Assembly (NCBI GenBank): GCA_050084985.1
Contig: JBITNC010000001.1
Coordinates: 3,906,001-3,970,000, forward strand
DNA: 64,000 nucleotides
Source: Nageia nagi
Taxonomy: Eukaryota > Plantae > Pinophyta
Direction: 5' to 3'
Under the pieces are notes generated by a model that saw only the letters and a program-made list of their open reading frames with translations, was not told where the DNA came from and ran no database searches. A program made the position numbers and the translations under genes. Shown here one piece after another: positions 49,890 to 61,844 of the stretch (its first letter is position 1; each line of letters opens with the position of its first letter).

Positions 49890-52479
49890 TGTGGACTTAC
49901 AAATTTTGGCAATAAGGAGTCGCCCAGGAGGAGTGATCGAACTGATGGTGTCTTGAGATCAAGAGGCTTTGGAGACCAGAATTGGTGAAAATGAGCAAAT
50001 TTGAATTTCTGGTAGCAACAGAGCGAGATTTTGACTAAGTCCTCCTCGAGTGCATGTCCTCAAGGAGACAACCTCTTTGGGACTTGTGCCAGACTTTTGA
50101 GAGCTCCATATGATCATTTCATGCAACCCGGGCCAAATTTGACTAAGTTTGGAACACCTTTTGCCTTGGCCCATGTCGGAAAGGAGACAAGCTCCTTGAT
50201 CCCAGGGAGACTTGCATTGGGCTTGTCTCTTTCTCCTATTGGCGCAAATACAAGATATGATATCCACTTTGACTACTCCAATACTTGCGCCAGCATCCTA
50301 GAGACTTAATATCAGCGAAAAGGGTGAAAATTGACTAAGTACCAAGCAGAAAAATCCCACCTATACCCCAATGCAAGTTGGACATGAGACAAACATCTTG
50401 TCTCCTCTAGGATGTGCACCCGAATCATGCATACCTTCCTGGCACAAGTGTGACCCAAGACAACTTTCTTGACTCTCCTTGGACTTGTGCCAGCCTTGTA
50501 AGAGCCTTAGATGAGAATTTCAAACAACAAGGACAAAACTTGGCCAAGCCCCATTCAGGAGCATCCTCTCAGGGTGACGACATCCACATCCCTTCCAAAT
50601 CTGCGCTAGCCTTCCGGAGACCTCAAATGACCAATACAGATGACCAAAGAAGCAAAAATGGCTAAGTACCATGCATGGCAACATCTCAGAGCCTAGGCGC
50701 AAATGTGAGGGGAGACAAGGTTCTTGACTCACTTTGGATCTCCCCCAAGTCAATTTGTCACAAATGTGGAGGGAGACAAGGTTCTTGTCTCACTTTGTAA
50801 CTCCCCCAAGTTAGTTTCCTTTTTCGGGCGCAAATCCAAACTAAGACAAGGTTGGTGACCTCCAAAAGACTTGTACCAGCACTCTAGACTCTCCAAAAGA
50901 TAATTTTGGGCAACAAAGACAAATTTTGGCTAAGTTTGGAGCATTTTCCCCTAGGCGCAAGTCGAGGTGGAGACAAGCTCCTTAACCCCCAAAGATGTGC
51001 GCTAGCCTATCTGTCTTTGGCGCAAGTCCAGACCAAGACAAGATTGTTGAATCCCAAAAGACTTGCACCAGGCTTGTCCTCATTCTTGTTGGCGCAAATC
51101 CAATCCGAGAAACCCATCTTGTCTTCTCGAAAACTTGCGTTGGCCATGAAGCCACATCTTGAGCGCATGCTATGACCAAGACAATCACTTTGACCATCCA
51201 GACACTTGCGTTGGGCTTCCAAGTTCAAGTTCAAGGATAGGGACCTCCTCAACAGGTGATTGGTGAAGGTTTCGATCCAAGTATTGCAGAGGTGAAAAGA
51301 GCAGATGGACTCATGGGCACCAGTTGATGGAAGACATGGCATTTTGGAAGCAATATTTTAATTTCATTTTTATGCATAATTTAGTTATTTTTGACTCCAA
51401 ATTCTATATATATTTTTGTTAAAGCCTTGTGATGGATGAGGATTTGCTCCCACAAGTGCGGACTCAATCTTGTAGTGCCATGTGGCGTGTTTACTAGACC
51501 GTTGTTAAGCAAGGTTAATTTAGGTGAATTTTATTTGAATTTGCATTAGGGTTAGGATTTCCTTGCAAAAACTATTTATAGCCGTAGAGGACTCATTTGT
51601 AAGGGATGGAATTTTGGAATTTGGACATGAACATTTGCAACTAGATAAGTAGAATAATTCTTTCTATCCAATACTTCTCTATTGTGAATGTGGCATGATC
51701 TTTAGAATGAAATTGCACAACTCCATTTTTATTGTACTATGAACTTTGACATGTGATGTTAATCATTGATGTGTGTTGCTTAAGATACTTGGAACATTTC
51801 ACAAACCTCTTGAGAGGTGGGTGAAAGAATGGTTGAATATCTCTTCGAAGCGTTGTGATATAGGATTGATAATTGTTCATAGTATGCAACTAGACTTGTC
51901 TAACTCTGTAAGTGGGTTCCTTTATGAAGTTTAGCATGTGAACATCATCCACATATTGAAAATGTCATCCTTGTCCCCTTAGATACATGCTCCCTTCATT
52001 AGCCCATTCGTGTTGTTGGCTAGTGTGAGTGGATGTATCCTTCTTCTAGACCCTTTGTGTAGTTTGGCTAGAATGAGAGGATGTGTGGGTGCGTGGAAGT
52101 CACAACAAACTCGAAGGAACTTGGCCTTTAGACATTGTACTAGTCGGTGGAGCTTGATGTAAAGAGCTGAACTCATATGCCTCTAGCCCTCTCCAATCTT
52201 CCTTCCTATTTTTCTTTTATTTTACACTTTTTTTCACGACTTTCACACCCCCATTTTATTTGCTTTGCTTGAGAAACAACCCTTGTCCAAATACAAAGAC
52301 AATCTGAGTCCTTGATTAACAAATTTTATTTGAGTTGGTGTCAGCTTCAAACATCCTAACCAATCTTCTGAGTTAATTCTTGCACAACCATTTCACAAGA
52401 CCTTTGAGGTAATCAGTTCTCATAGCAGGTTGGGGTAACGCCCTTCCACGTAGGTGTTGGCATCTTTGCTAACCTTACA
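49890..52479 (+). mobile_element. Probable ~2.6-kb gypsy solo LTR inserted into the LINE
   Basis: Starts TGTGGAC, ends CCTTACA; non-coding, GC-richer, internal motif repeats, CTATTTATA at ~51572; LINE coding sequence resumes on both sides. TSD not cleanly resolved. Confidence 0.65.
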
Positions 52480-53210
52480 ACTTATTTGCCTATTTGCAAG
52501 GTAGGAAAGAAAAATGGCTTGATAGAATCCATTCCAAAATGTTCTTATTCATTGTCATATACATTCCAAAGTTCTCCATAAACCATTGCGAAACAGCCCA
52601 ACACATTTTACATTGGATACATCAACTTATTCTAAAATATCCTTGTTCATTCTTCCTCTTTCTTGCATAAGATACACCAATAAAGACCTTCAAATCCACT
52701 TCTCATAAGTTTTCTCATACGAGAATCCTCTTATAACACATTAATCACAAAAGGTTTGAACCTTTGGAAGTCCTCTCCTTTCTTAAACTTCCTTCCAAAT
52801 TTTGGATTTTGCATAGTTTCCCTTGATAGAATTGGCTTCATGATTGTACTATATAATTTTCAAAGGAGCTCATATCCCAAATCAAGATGTCTTGTCCAAA
52901 AACACTTAATGAAAGTATTCTGAAGTTTGTTTTTCAATTCTTTTTTAGTTTGGTTGTTTTGAATACTACTTAATATCTCATCCTTCTATGTTTGGATTCC
53001 ACTTTTCTTTGCCCAAATATAATCCTTTGTTGTTACTTCAAAGTTTTCTTCAATAATCTTTATCTTGGTGATCTCGGCTTATCAATTGCCTAACTATCTT
53101 TCCAAAAGAAGATATTATCTTCATCCCCTATTTTCCATCATAATCCTTGGCACATTCTCCTAATATTGTTACTAATACCTCTCCAAATTGTTGAACCAAA
53201 TGGAAGAAGT
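52480..53210 (-). mobile_element. L1 LINE ORF2 post-RT region (5'-truncated end of the same LINE)
   Basis: LPFGSTIWRGI..WKIGDEDNIFFWKDS (~53095-53205), matching the L1 GS.IW..W.IG.G..I.FW.D.W motif. Confidence 0.8.
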
Positions 53211-53530
53211 CTTGTTTGAAAGTGATTTAGAGAATGAATAAGTGCAAACTAATTTAGCAATTCATTTGGTTTTTCTAGTTTGATGTCATTTTTGCTTGAT
53301 TTGCAATTCTTGTTTGAAAGTGATTCATAAAATGAATAAATGCAAACCAAGTTATCAAAATCAACATTTGCTATCAGAGCTGGTTAAACTTTATCTGTGT
53401 TGGATGTTCATTTGGTTTTGCTAGTTTGCTGTCATTTTTGTTGGGTTTGCAATTCTTGTTTGAAAGCAATTAATAAAAGGAATAAGTGCAAATTAAGTTA
53501 GAAAAATTAACATCTAGTATAAGAGCCAGT
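53211..53530 (+). repeat. Tandem repeat (~146-bp unit, first copy internally deleted) containing LTR-end/PBS-like junctions
   Basis: CTTGTTTGAAAG at 53211, 53309, 53455; TCAACA-TT-TGCTATCAGAGC (53361-53380) and TTAACA-TC-TAGTATAAGAGC (53507-53526). Confidence 0.8.
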
Positions 53531-54046
53531 TGGAATTTAGGTTGTATAGACAAAATAAATTGAATTAAATTAATAATTCACTTATTATCTACAAGAGCCA
53601 AGTCTTGCATCAATTGGAATGATATTCTTTGCAAATCCACAAAATGGGTCAGATCTCAAACAAACACACCTCATATGACAGCTCAAGCTCCATGATGAAC
53701 TAATCTTCAAATCTGGTCTCTTAAATACCTCAGAAGAAGAATAACGTTTGTGACCTTGCAGAGCAATATCACTTTTGTTTATGATCCTAAAGAATATTGA
53801 AAAGAAACAAGAAGGATTCAATCATGCGCAAGAGTTTAACAAATCCTTGGCTAGGCAGTGTCAAGAGACACCATTTGTGTATTGATATGAGAATACAATC
53901 TCAATGTCAACCTATTCAGATTGAGTGTAGATTTGATCACCCAAGAATTTGATAAGCTCCTTTTATACATTACTTGACACCACCTTGATATTTGCATTAT
54001 TTTATTCTAGATACTATAAATATGATTTTATGCTAAATAGAAAATC

Positions 54047-55170
54047 TGTAATGTCCCCATTTTGACCCCTCTTGTGGAACCCACTCATCCTAATGCATTG
54101 TCATGACAACAACCAAGTGGAAGTGGGACACACCTTTTTATGAAGTATTTAGGAGTAATTTTATAATGAAAATAAGTGTTAGGAGAAAAAGGTGTTTTAA
54201 ATGATAATTAAATAATACTATTTTAATAATATCCTTAATGAAGGATTAAGAGTGTCTTAAGTGAATGGAAAATTGTAAAAGAGGAGCACTCCATTTGGGG
54301 CATTATTGTGCGTTTGAGAAATTGTGAATTTGTAAGAGTGAAAGGCTGATCCCTTACATGCCTTCTGCAGATCCTTAAATCTTCAAAAGAAGTCAACCAT
54401 TGTAGCTAAGGAGATGTGCCCTTGCTTTTTGGTTAACAATTGTGAGGTGAATTCATCCAAGGTTTACCATTTGAACATCATTGTTTACGGATTTCAGAAT
54501 TCAGATCTGAGTGGAGGGTTTGTGTGAGCTTTTTGGTGTGTTTTGCAGCTTCTCTGCTTCCTACGGGAGTATGTCCAGCATTGGACAATTTTCTTGGCGT
54601 GTTTGAGGGTTGTTTTGTGGTGTTTAATGGTTGGTCTAATCATTGCCATCTTCAGATATTTTTAATAAAATTTGTATGACCAGATCTAGCCATTTGGGGT
54701 TTCCTGTCTTCATATCTGCAATAATTTTCAGATCTGAGTTATTTTTATAAATCTGATTGTTGATCGATGATTTAGGGCATATTGTTGATTAGATCTAATT
54801 AGTTTGGGCATATATGATTTTATTTGAAGAGATGAGAATTTTATTGGAAAATTTTATATTATTTTCAGTTAGAGTTTGTATTTTTTAATTTGGGAATCTT
54901 ACAAAATCATTTTTAGGTGTCTACAATTTACACTTCTTTGGGTATGTAATGTAAACAATTTGAGTTGCATATCCAACAAATTACATTGATGAGAGGGAAG
55001 AACTTATGTGACAAGAAACTGTAGCATAGACCATAGCTATGTTTGATACTCTTTCCATGCCTCCCCTTTTGGTTTGATTGCCCTAGGAATTAAGGGAAAA
55101 CTATAGCTATTTGTGAATGTGAGTCTTTTGCGATAAAAAAAGTAGCTTGATTGACCGTCATGGGGTTACA
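54047..55170 (+). mobile_element. Solo LTR (~1.12 kb)
   Basis: TGTAATGTCCCCA...TGGGGTTACA inverted termini; no PBS follows; flanks AAATC/ATGAC do not match as a TSD. Confidence 0.65.
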
Positions 55171-56122
55171 ATGACTTGGTTCGAATAAGAAGAGCCATTC
55201 TAAAGTTGTTGATGCTTTATCTATTGGAATGATTGGTCCAAATAGACCTATGAAATCCTATCTGCTATATTTACTGGTCCGAATAAGATGATTGCAATCT
55301 TATCCACTAGATTAACTTGCTTGACTGAGTTTTTCTAATGTTCATGAAGAAATCTGAAAATTTTGATTCACTGTTATTGAAATTTAAAAACCATCAATAT
55401 TTTTCTTCTGAGAGCAAAATTGTCTATGTTTCTAATGCCCCAAACGAATAAAAAAGGAGTTGACTGGTCCAAATAAGATCATCTATCTACAAAATTTGGT
55501 TGATGTCTCATTTGCTTGAATTACTTGTTGAATTGGAATGATTGTACTTGAATTTTGATGCAATGGTTTTCTCTTGTTGAAATTTTGAATTATGAAAGAA
55601 AATGCTTGATATCACCTCTGGGAAGTTTTGTTGCTGTTTTGCTGTTCCGCTCGTGAAAATTGAACTTGATTTTTTATGGATTGAATAACGTGGGCAATTT
55701 TGATCTTGTGTCTTGCATGCTGCATTTTTGTGTTTGATTCTTTTGCTTTGATTTATTTTTCCTTTTTCTGTTTTTTCTTCCAAGTAGTCCTCACTAGGTA
55801 CTTGTTTTTCAAGTACTACTTGTCTGTTAATGCCAACAAGCTGGTTTTCACAAACAAATATTTTCGGCAAGGATGGAGAACCAGAAACTGGTTTTCAACT
55901 TCATCCTTCGCCTCACAATGCTAGTTTAAGTTTTCACTGCGAGACCTTTTTTTTTTCTAAAAACAAAAACATGGGCACTTTTGTTAAGCATCCACATCTG
56001 CTTCATTTATGATTTTCTCGAGTCTGAACTTGAAATTTTTATGAATGATATAGGTCTTGTAACATACTAAATTTGCTTACCAATTTTATGACTTGTGTTG
56101 CCGATGTGGTGACTGCACTCTA

Positions 56123-57300
56123 TCATGCATAGAACTTCTTGAGATGCATGACATTGAAAGACCTCTTCTCTTCTTTGCCATCCACAAATGCCAACTTGTA
56201 TGCTCGTGTTCCTATCTTCTCATTATCAACATATGGTCCCAACCAATTGGGTCCAAACTTACCTTTCAATTCATTATTTTCAACTGTCTTATCAATGTTC
56301 TCTTTCAACACCAAATCTCTTGTTTTGAAGGCCTGATATATCTTTTTCTTTTCTACAACATTGAGTCTTCTTTCATCTAACTGTTTCAATCTTGTTTTTC
56401 TTGTTACCTAATTTGGAATAATTCTTTAAAGTAAACTCTCAAGGATGGGATTTCCAACTCCAATGGACCTACTACTTCATCTCTATATACTAATGACAAA
56501 GGAGTTGCCCCTGTAGCTGTTCTTATGCTTGTTCTGTATGCCTAGAATGTGTATGATAGTTGTTCATGCCAATCTTTTCCATGTTTTGCAATGCTTTTGG
56601 AAAGAACATTCCGGATTGTCTTAGTTGTAGCTTCAACCTGCCCATTACCTTGTGGATAGTATACTGAACATTTGCTTGATGTGGAACTTCTTGCAAAAAT
56701 CCTTCATTTCTTTACCGGTAAAATTTGGGCCATTATCCATATGAGTTGTTGTGGAATGCCAAACCTTGTGATAATGTTTTCTATGATAAATTGAATGATT
56801 TTTGCTTGGACTGTAGATTTTATTTGTATTGCCTCCACCCATTTGGTTGTATATTCTGTTGCTGTTATGATGAATTTGTGTCCTTTTTTTAATGTGGATT
56901 AATGCGTCCCATGAGATCTATGCCCCAAGTAGATAATGGCCAAGGTGCCATCATTGGATTGAGCTCTTATGATGGTGTCTTTTGCAAATTGGTTTGTTTT
57001 TGACATTGCAAACATCTCTTGACATGTCTCTTACAATCTTCCTCTATTGTTGGCCAATAGTATCCAATTCTCAACAACTTTTGGTAAATTGCTTTGGCAT
57101 AGAAGTGACCTCCACAAACCCTCTGATTTTTCTTCATGTGACCTTAGACATCTAAGTGATGCTCCCTCAAATGATCTCCTATACAAGATACCTCCCAAGA
57201 TGACATACTTGATTGTTGATTTTTGCAACTTAAGTTTTGATTTTTGCAACGACGTGTTCTTCTTGACGAGAGACAAAAGGATGATGACCTATCACAAGTA
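56123..57300 (-). mobile_element. Ty3/gypsy (Tat/Ogre-type) integrase, frameshifted
   Basis: LYRRSFEGASLRCL; PWPLSTWGIDLMG; TEYTTKWVEAI; DNGPNF; YYPQGNGQVEA; AYRTSIRTATGATP; GKFGPNWLGPY..NVMHLKKFYA*. No chromodomain. Confidence 0.92.
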
Positions 57301-58088
57301 GTATGCTTGGAATCTCAAGGGATGCATTGGCACATACTGGAGAAACTATTGAAGGAAATAATGAGATTATTGAAGAGCATTCCAATTTGGAGAAATATGG
57401 GGTAATTCTCTAAGATAAACCCGTGGAGGGGAGTAATCAACTACAACATAATTAGTTTAGAAGAAACCATTGAAGAGAAATCAAATTCAGAAAAATGGAG
57501 AAGATGGGGTGGGAACAACCCACATCGAAGAGGGTTGGAAAGAGGAAGACATGAGGAAAGATTATGTTGCAAAAGAAATGGAAGAAGACGTTGCTCTGTA
57601 AAAGAAGGTTGATGACACTTTGCCACATAAGAAAAAAAAGGTGGTCATGGTTACACTCAATTATTTAGGGATTGATTCATACTGGGAGGGTAAAATTGAG
57701 AATTGCTTGCAAATAACAAATTGGGGTTGTTTAGTAATGTTGATAATTAATCTTGAAGAAGCCACTTTGAGAAATCAGAGCGGGGGTCTCTTTGGGACAT
57801 GGTTGAACACAGCATAAGCAAAGAAAGGGTATAGCAAAACATTTGATTCATACTGCAGTAAGAGGAATAAGGGATGTTTAGAGATGGTTCATGTTGAAAG
57901 CCCAATTGCAAAAAACCTAGGAACGAGTATGGAGCATCAAAAGCCATTGTGGGCAGCTAAGGAAAAGGATGTCCACCATCTAAGACCTCATTGGCTCTCT
58001 TGAAAATTGGAATAGTCATGCTTATACTAAACTCAGTTATCAAATGATTTAAAGTTTTGTTTGCATTCTCACAATAGTTTGATGGGCT

Positions 58089-59237
58089 TGTGATGTCCCA
58101 TTTGGACCATTGACAAAATGTGTCATAGTCACTTTGTAATCTAGTGTTTGTTTATGATCATGTTGTACATGTGTAACTCAAGCAGAAGCTTATGGTCTAC
58201 GGACCCCACTGTGAGCCCAGTAATGGGATGTCTCCCCTTGAGTAGTGTTCTGTTAACTTGTAATGGGTTATCCTGGATTGTGGGAATCCCTAGATAGGCA
58301 TGAGTCTTGTTTAGTCCAGAGGTGCATAGAGGAGCATGCCAGCGTTGGGAGGCCTCCACATACCCCATGATGGCTTATGAGGTCACTTAGACCCCCATGT
58401 CAGCTCAAGGAGGCTCATTAGTCCCCACGTCAGCCTTGAGGGCCTTTATGACCCCCATGTTGGCACACTGGGCCCATGAGACCCCCACGTTAGCATACTG
58501 GGCCAATATGACCCCACGTTGGCATGGTTGACTTGTTGACTCCAACGTTGGAATAGACTTGGCTTGGAATGATAACGAGGCATGATGGATAGACACGTGA
58601 GGCTATATATTGAGGATGGAGCTCCATGATGAGGTTAGCTATTGATTATACTTCTTCTATACAAAAATTGATTGGGCATTCAAGTCTTGGCGGTGTCGAG
58701 CATTATTCATAGACGGCATCTAGAGGAGTGATAGGGTTGGGAGCCTGGCACTCTATGACGTAGGTGGGTCACCTAGTCCATCCGATGGTATTCCGAGGGC
58801 GAGCTTCTACCTTCAGTGGTCGGCACGGTTCGAGGAGGCTCTTTCGTAGGAGAGGATTCGGAGTCTGAGGGAGTGAGTCTTTCCTATGGTGTTTGACTTG
58901 CATAGGGTTTGGAACCCTAGATCTGGATATTGAGATCCTCATTGTAATCCATTCCATACCATAATAAAATACAGCTTGTGCCTCTCTCCATTGTGATTGT
59001 TCATTCTTTGTGTTTGTGTTGTGTCCCTTGTATACCGGTGTTGGAAGCTTCATTGCATTTGTAGGTGTTCAAGCATTGCATATTCATATGTGGAGCTTTT
59101 GTTGAGGTGCCAAGTGTGGGTGTGTACCCTAGAGGGCTGACGTCAGGGTGTAGGGGTTGTGTGGAAGCCTTAGGAGGCTCACGTCTGCATTGTAGGAGGT
59201 TTGGGTGCCCTAGGGGCCTAACGTGGGTGTGTCTACA
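58089..59237 (+). mobile_element. LTR copy, same family as 61845-63035, apparently 3'-truncated
   Basis: Starts TGTGATGTCCC; shares GGACCCCAC(C)TGTGAGCCC, CTTGGCGGTG.CGAG and TTTGGGTGCCC blocks with the 61845 LTR; lacks that copy's last ~85 bp. Confidence 0.75.
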
Positions 59238-61844
59238 TCATTGTTTGAGGGTTTGAGTATCATAGTTGGAGTTGTTTTTGCTGAGGGTGATTTTAGGTCA
59301 TTACAAGGCCTTAATGAGAAAATAAAAGACAATAAAAGGCTAAACCTGTTGAAGCAAAATGGGTCATCCAGAGCTTTGAGTTTGTTTACTAATACAGGAA
59401 TAGCAAAGAATAACTTTCCAGTAGTATTTGGATCAACCTTGTTGAAGACATTTGACATGAGTGTCAACCGCCATATCAAGGATAGTTGGGGCTACACTCT
59501 AGAATGTTACTACAGTGAATTCAAGATTGATTTGGGTTGCAACTTATGATGTACCCTTGCTGATTTCATGGATACAGTAACAGCTGTTAGAGGGATATTT
59601 GGGGCAGCTTCATCCTACGAATTTCAGAGACCCCAGTAATGAAAACATCAGCTGCAGTACCGGGGAAGTTTGAGGGCACAAATCTGATTATGAACCCAAT
59701 GGCTTGCGTCACAACGATTGAGCTTGCAGTAGAGGCATTAACAGCTGCGTTTGGGGCATTGTTATGGAATGGATCAAGGAAAACTCAATGGCCACTGGAA
59801 CTTATATCATGCTAAACTCCAAAACTGATTTTTGGACAGCAACCGAGATGATTTTAGTAATAATCCTGGGTGCACAAAGAGCTGATTGTTTCCTAATTTC
59901 AAAGGTTGCATTCATCGGAGGCAATAGAGATGAAACAATGGGAAATTTGGCGACACATTGTACCCATTCTGCATCACAATAGGGACTGCATTTCTGCCAC
60001 CAATTGGAACGGAATTGAAGATAATTCAGACCTCATATGGACTGACCAAAGAAACATGAAAGGCCACTATGCCCCATGAACATTCAGTTTGGAATAAAAG
60101 GTGTACGAGTGTACAGTTTGTTCAAAGAAGTAGTAAAGAAGCAGATTTCATGACGTTAAGGAATGATAATGGATAGCCTACAAGGTTAATAGGAAAGAAG
60201 TGGAAGACGTAACTGCTGATCAGGAGAAGCCAGAGTCTGACGATTCAAATCTCAGTTACTTCTGTGCAATCATCATCGTTATTGCTGCTGGTTTGGTCAA
60301 GTTTCTTCGCCACATAGCTAGAGGAAATGTAGAGGTTTGGAGTTTTGAAGCTTTGGGAAAACGTGTACCACCAAAGGGCACATTTGCAAAAGAACGATCG
60401 AAATTGTTCCAGTTTAAAAATTGCATGAGCATAGGCTCTAGTGCACGGTTGGACAACATAAAAGCTTCAACTTGGAGCAAGGGTGGCATTAAGATGAAAG
60501 AGATAGATTTTTTAGTTCAGCATGCACATGATGCGTGGAAACCATTGTTGAACAACCATCAGAGAATATTGGGGCAACATTCATTAATCTTGGGTATGAT
60601 GTTACTCTTTGGCATCTTTGTGTGGTAACAAGGTTCAGGACCCCACTTTTGTATGTTGAGAGCAACAGTAACAGTTTTGGTGATCTCCTTTGCACCACTA
60701 TTTGTCCTTGACTGTATGGAAAAGAAAGCACCACCTTGGCAAGAGGGGTTTTCAGTTAGAGTGGCACAACGTAAGCATGGAGGACTTTCTTTCACATCAA
60801 ATTTGGGAATATTAATGATAAAAATATATTGGCATTGCTTGGGGATAGGCAATTTTTGGAGTGGTGGATTTGTAATATTCCCAAATTTTGAGTTTCCACT
60901 CATTTTTGGTTTTGAAGAGATTTTGTCATCCACAAGCTAGGGATTGTCAATTCATCACTTGAAATGGATAGAGAATCTCATGCCATTCGTTTTGACAGAT
61001 TACACAACATGGTTTTGTCAAGAAACGAAGGAAATATTGCATTTGGAAGTTCATCCGCTGAGTCAGATTTCTCATATCGCGCGCACGGGAATTCATAATT
61101 CTCTCTCATTTGAGAGTGATGTCGCTCTTCTAGGGATGACCAATTGCAATATAGTTAATTTAGGAGTGATTTACCTTTAATTAGGGGCATTTTAATAGTT
61201 GTAATAAGTGGGCCATTAGCTATGCCCAAATATTTGTAATGCGTGATTCCAAGGTATGTATTGGAGTCATAAGAGGTTTAAGTTGTATTTAGGAGTTTAT
61301 TTGTAATTAGTAAATTAAAGAGCACTTCGTATGCCTCTAAATGTAATAGAACCCCCCTCTAAATTGGACTCCTCACTAGAGGTAGAGTTACACAAATCCA
61401 AGGAAGATTACGCAAATCCTGAGGCATTGGAAGACTCCCATCATGGAACATTGCACAAGCAAGGATTGTTAGATGTGATCTCAATGATCCTAAGGTGCAT
61501 GGATGACACACAAAGTGCAACATACCCCCATGAAGGCTAATCTCCACCGTCCATCATGATTGTGGTGATCCTAATGCTTCTAGAGGAAACATGAGCTCAA
61601 GGAAACTCTAAAAGGAGATGCCTTGGACTCATTTTGATATGTTTGATTATTACTTCTCTTTTACATTGGATGTAGGGTGTCGACTCTCTTCCTATTCTTG
61701 GATGAAAACCCACCTGGAGGTACTTGAGGTCTGCAAAGCATACCTCAAAGGTCACAACTAGCTACTTTGAGGAATAGCGTACCTCAAAGGTTACAACTAG
61801 CTATCGAAGGGTGTTGGCATTACCTTGGATTATCCAGAAGACTG

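Noticed and set aside
54361-54420. Possible ATG1 exon 5 (CTGCAG|ATCCTTA, reading R-S-L)
   Set aside because: It continues NLQKKSTIVAK rather than QP.GLAETLCGSPLY, and lies inside a solo LTR.
61737-61810. 39-bp duplication with a CCTCAAAG/CTTTGAGG hairpin
   Set aside because: Short local duplication in decayed retroelement sequence; too small to support a function.
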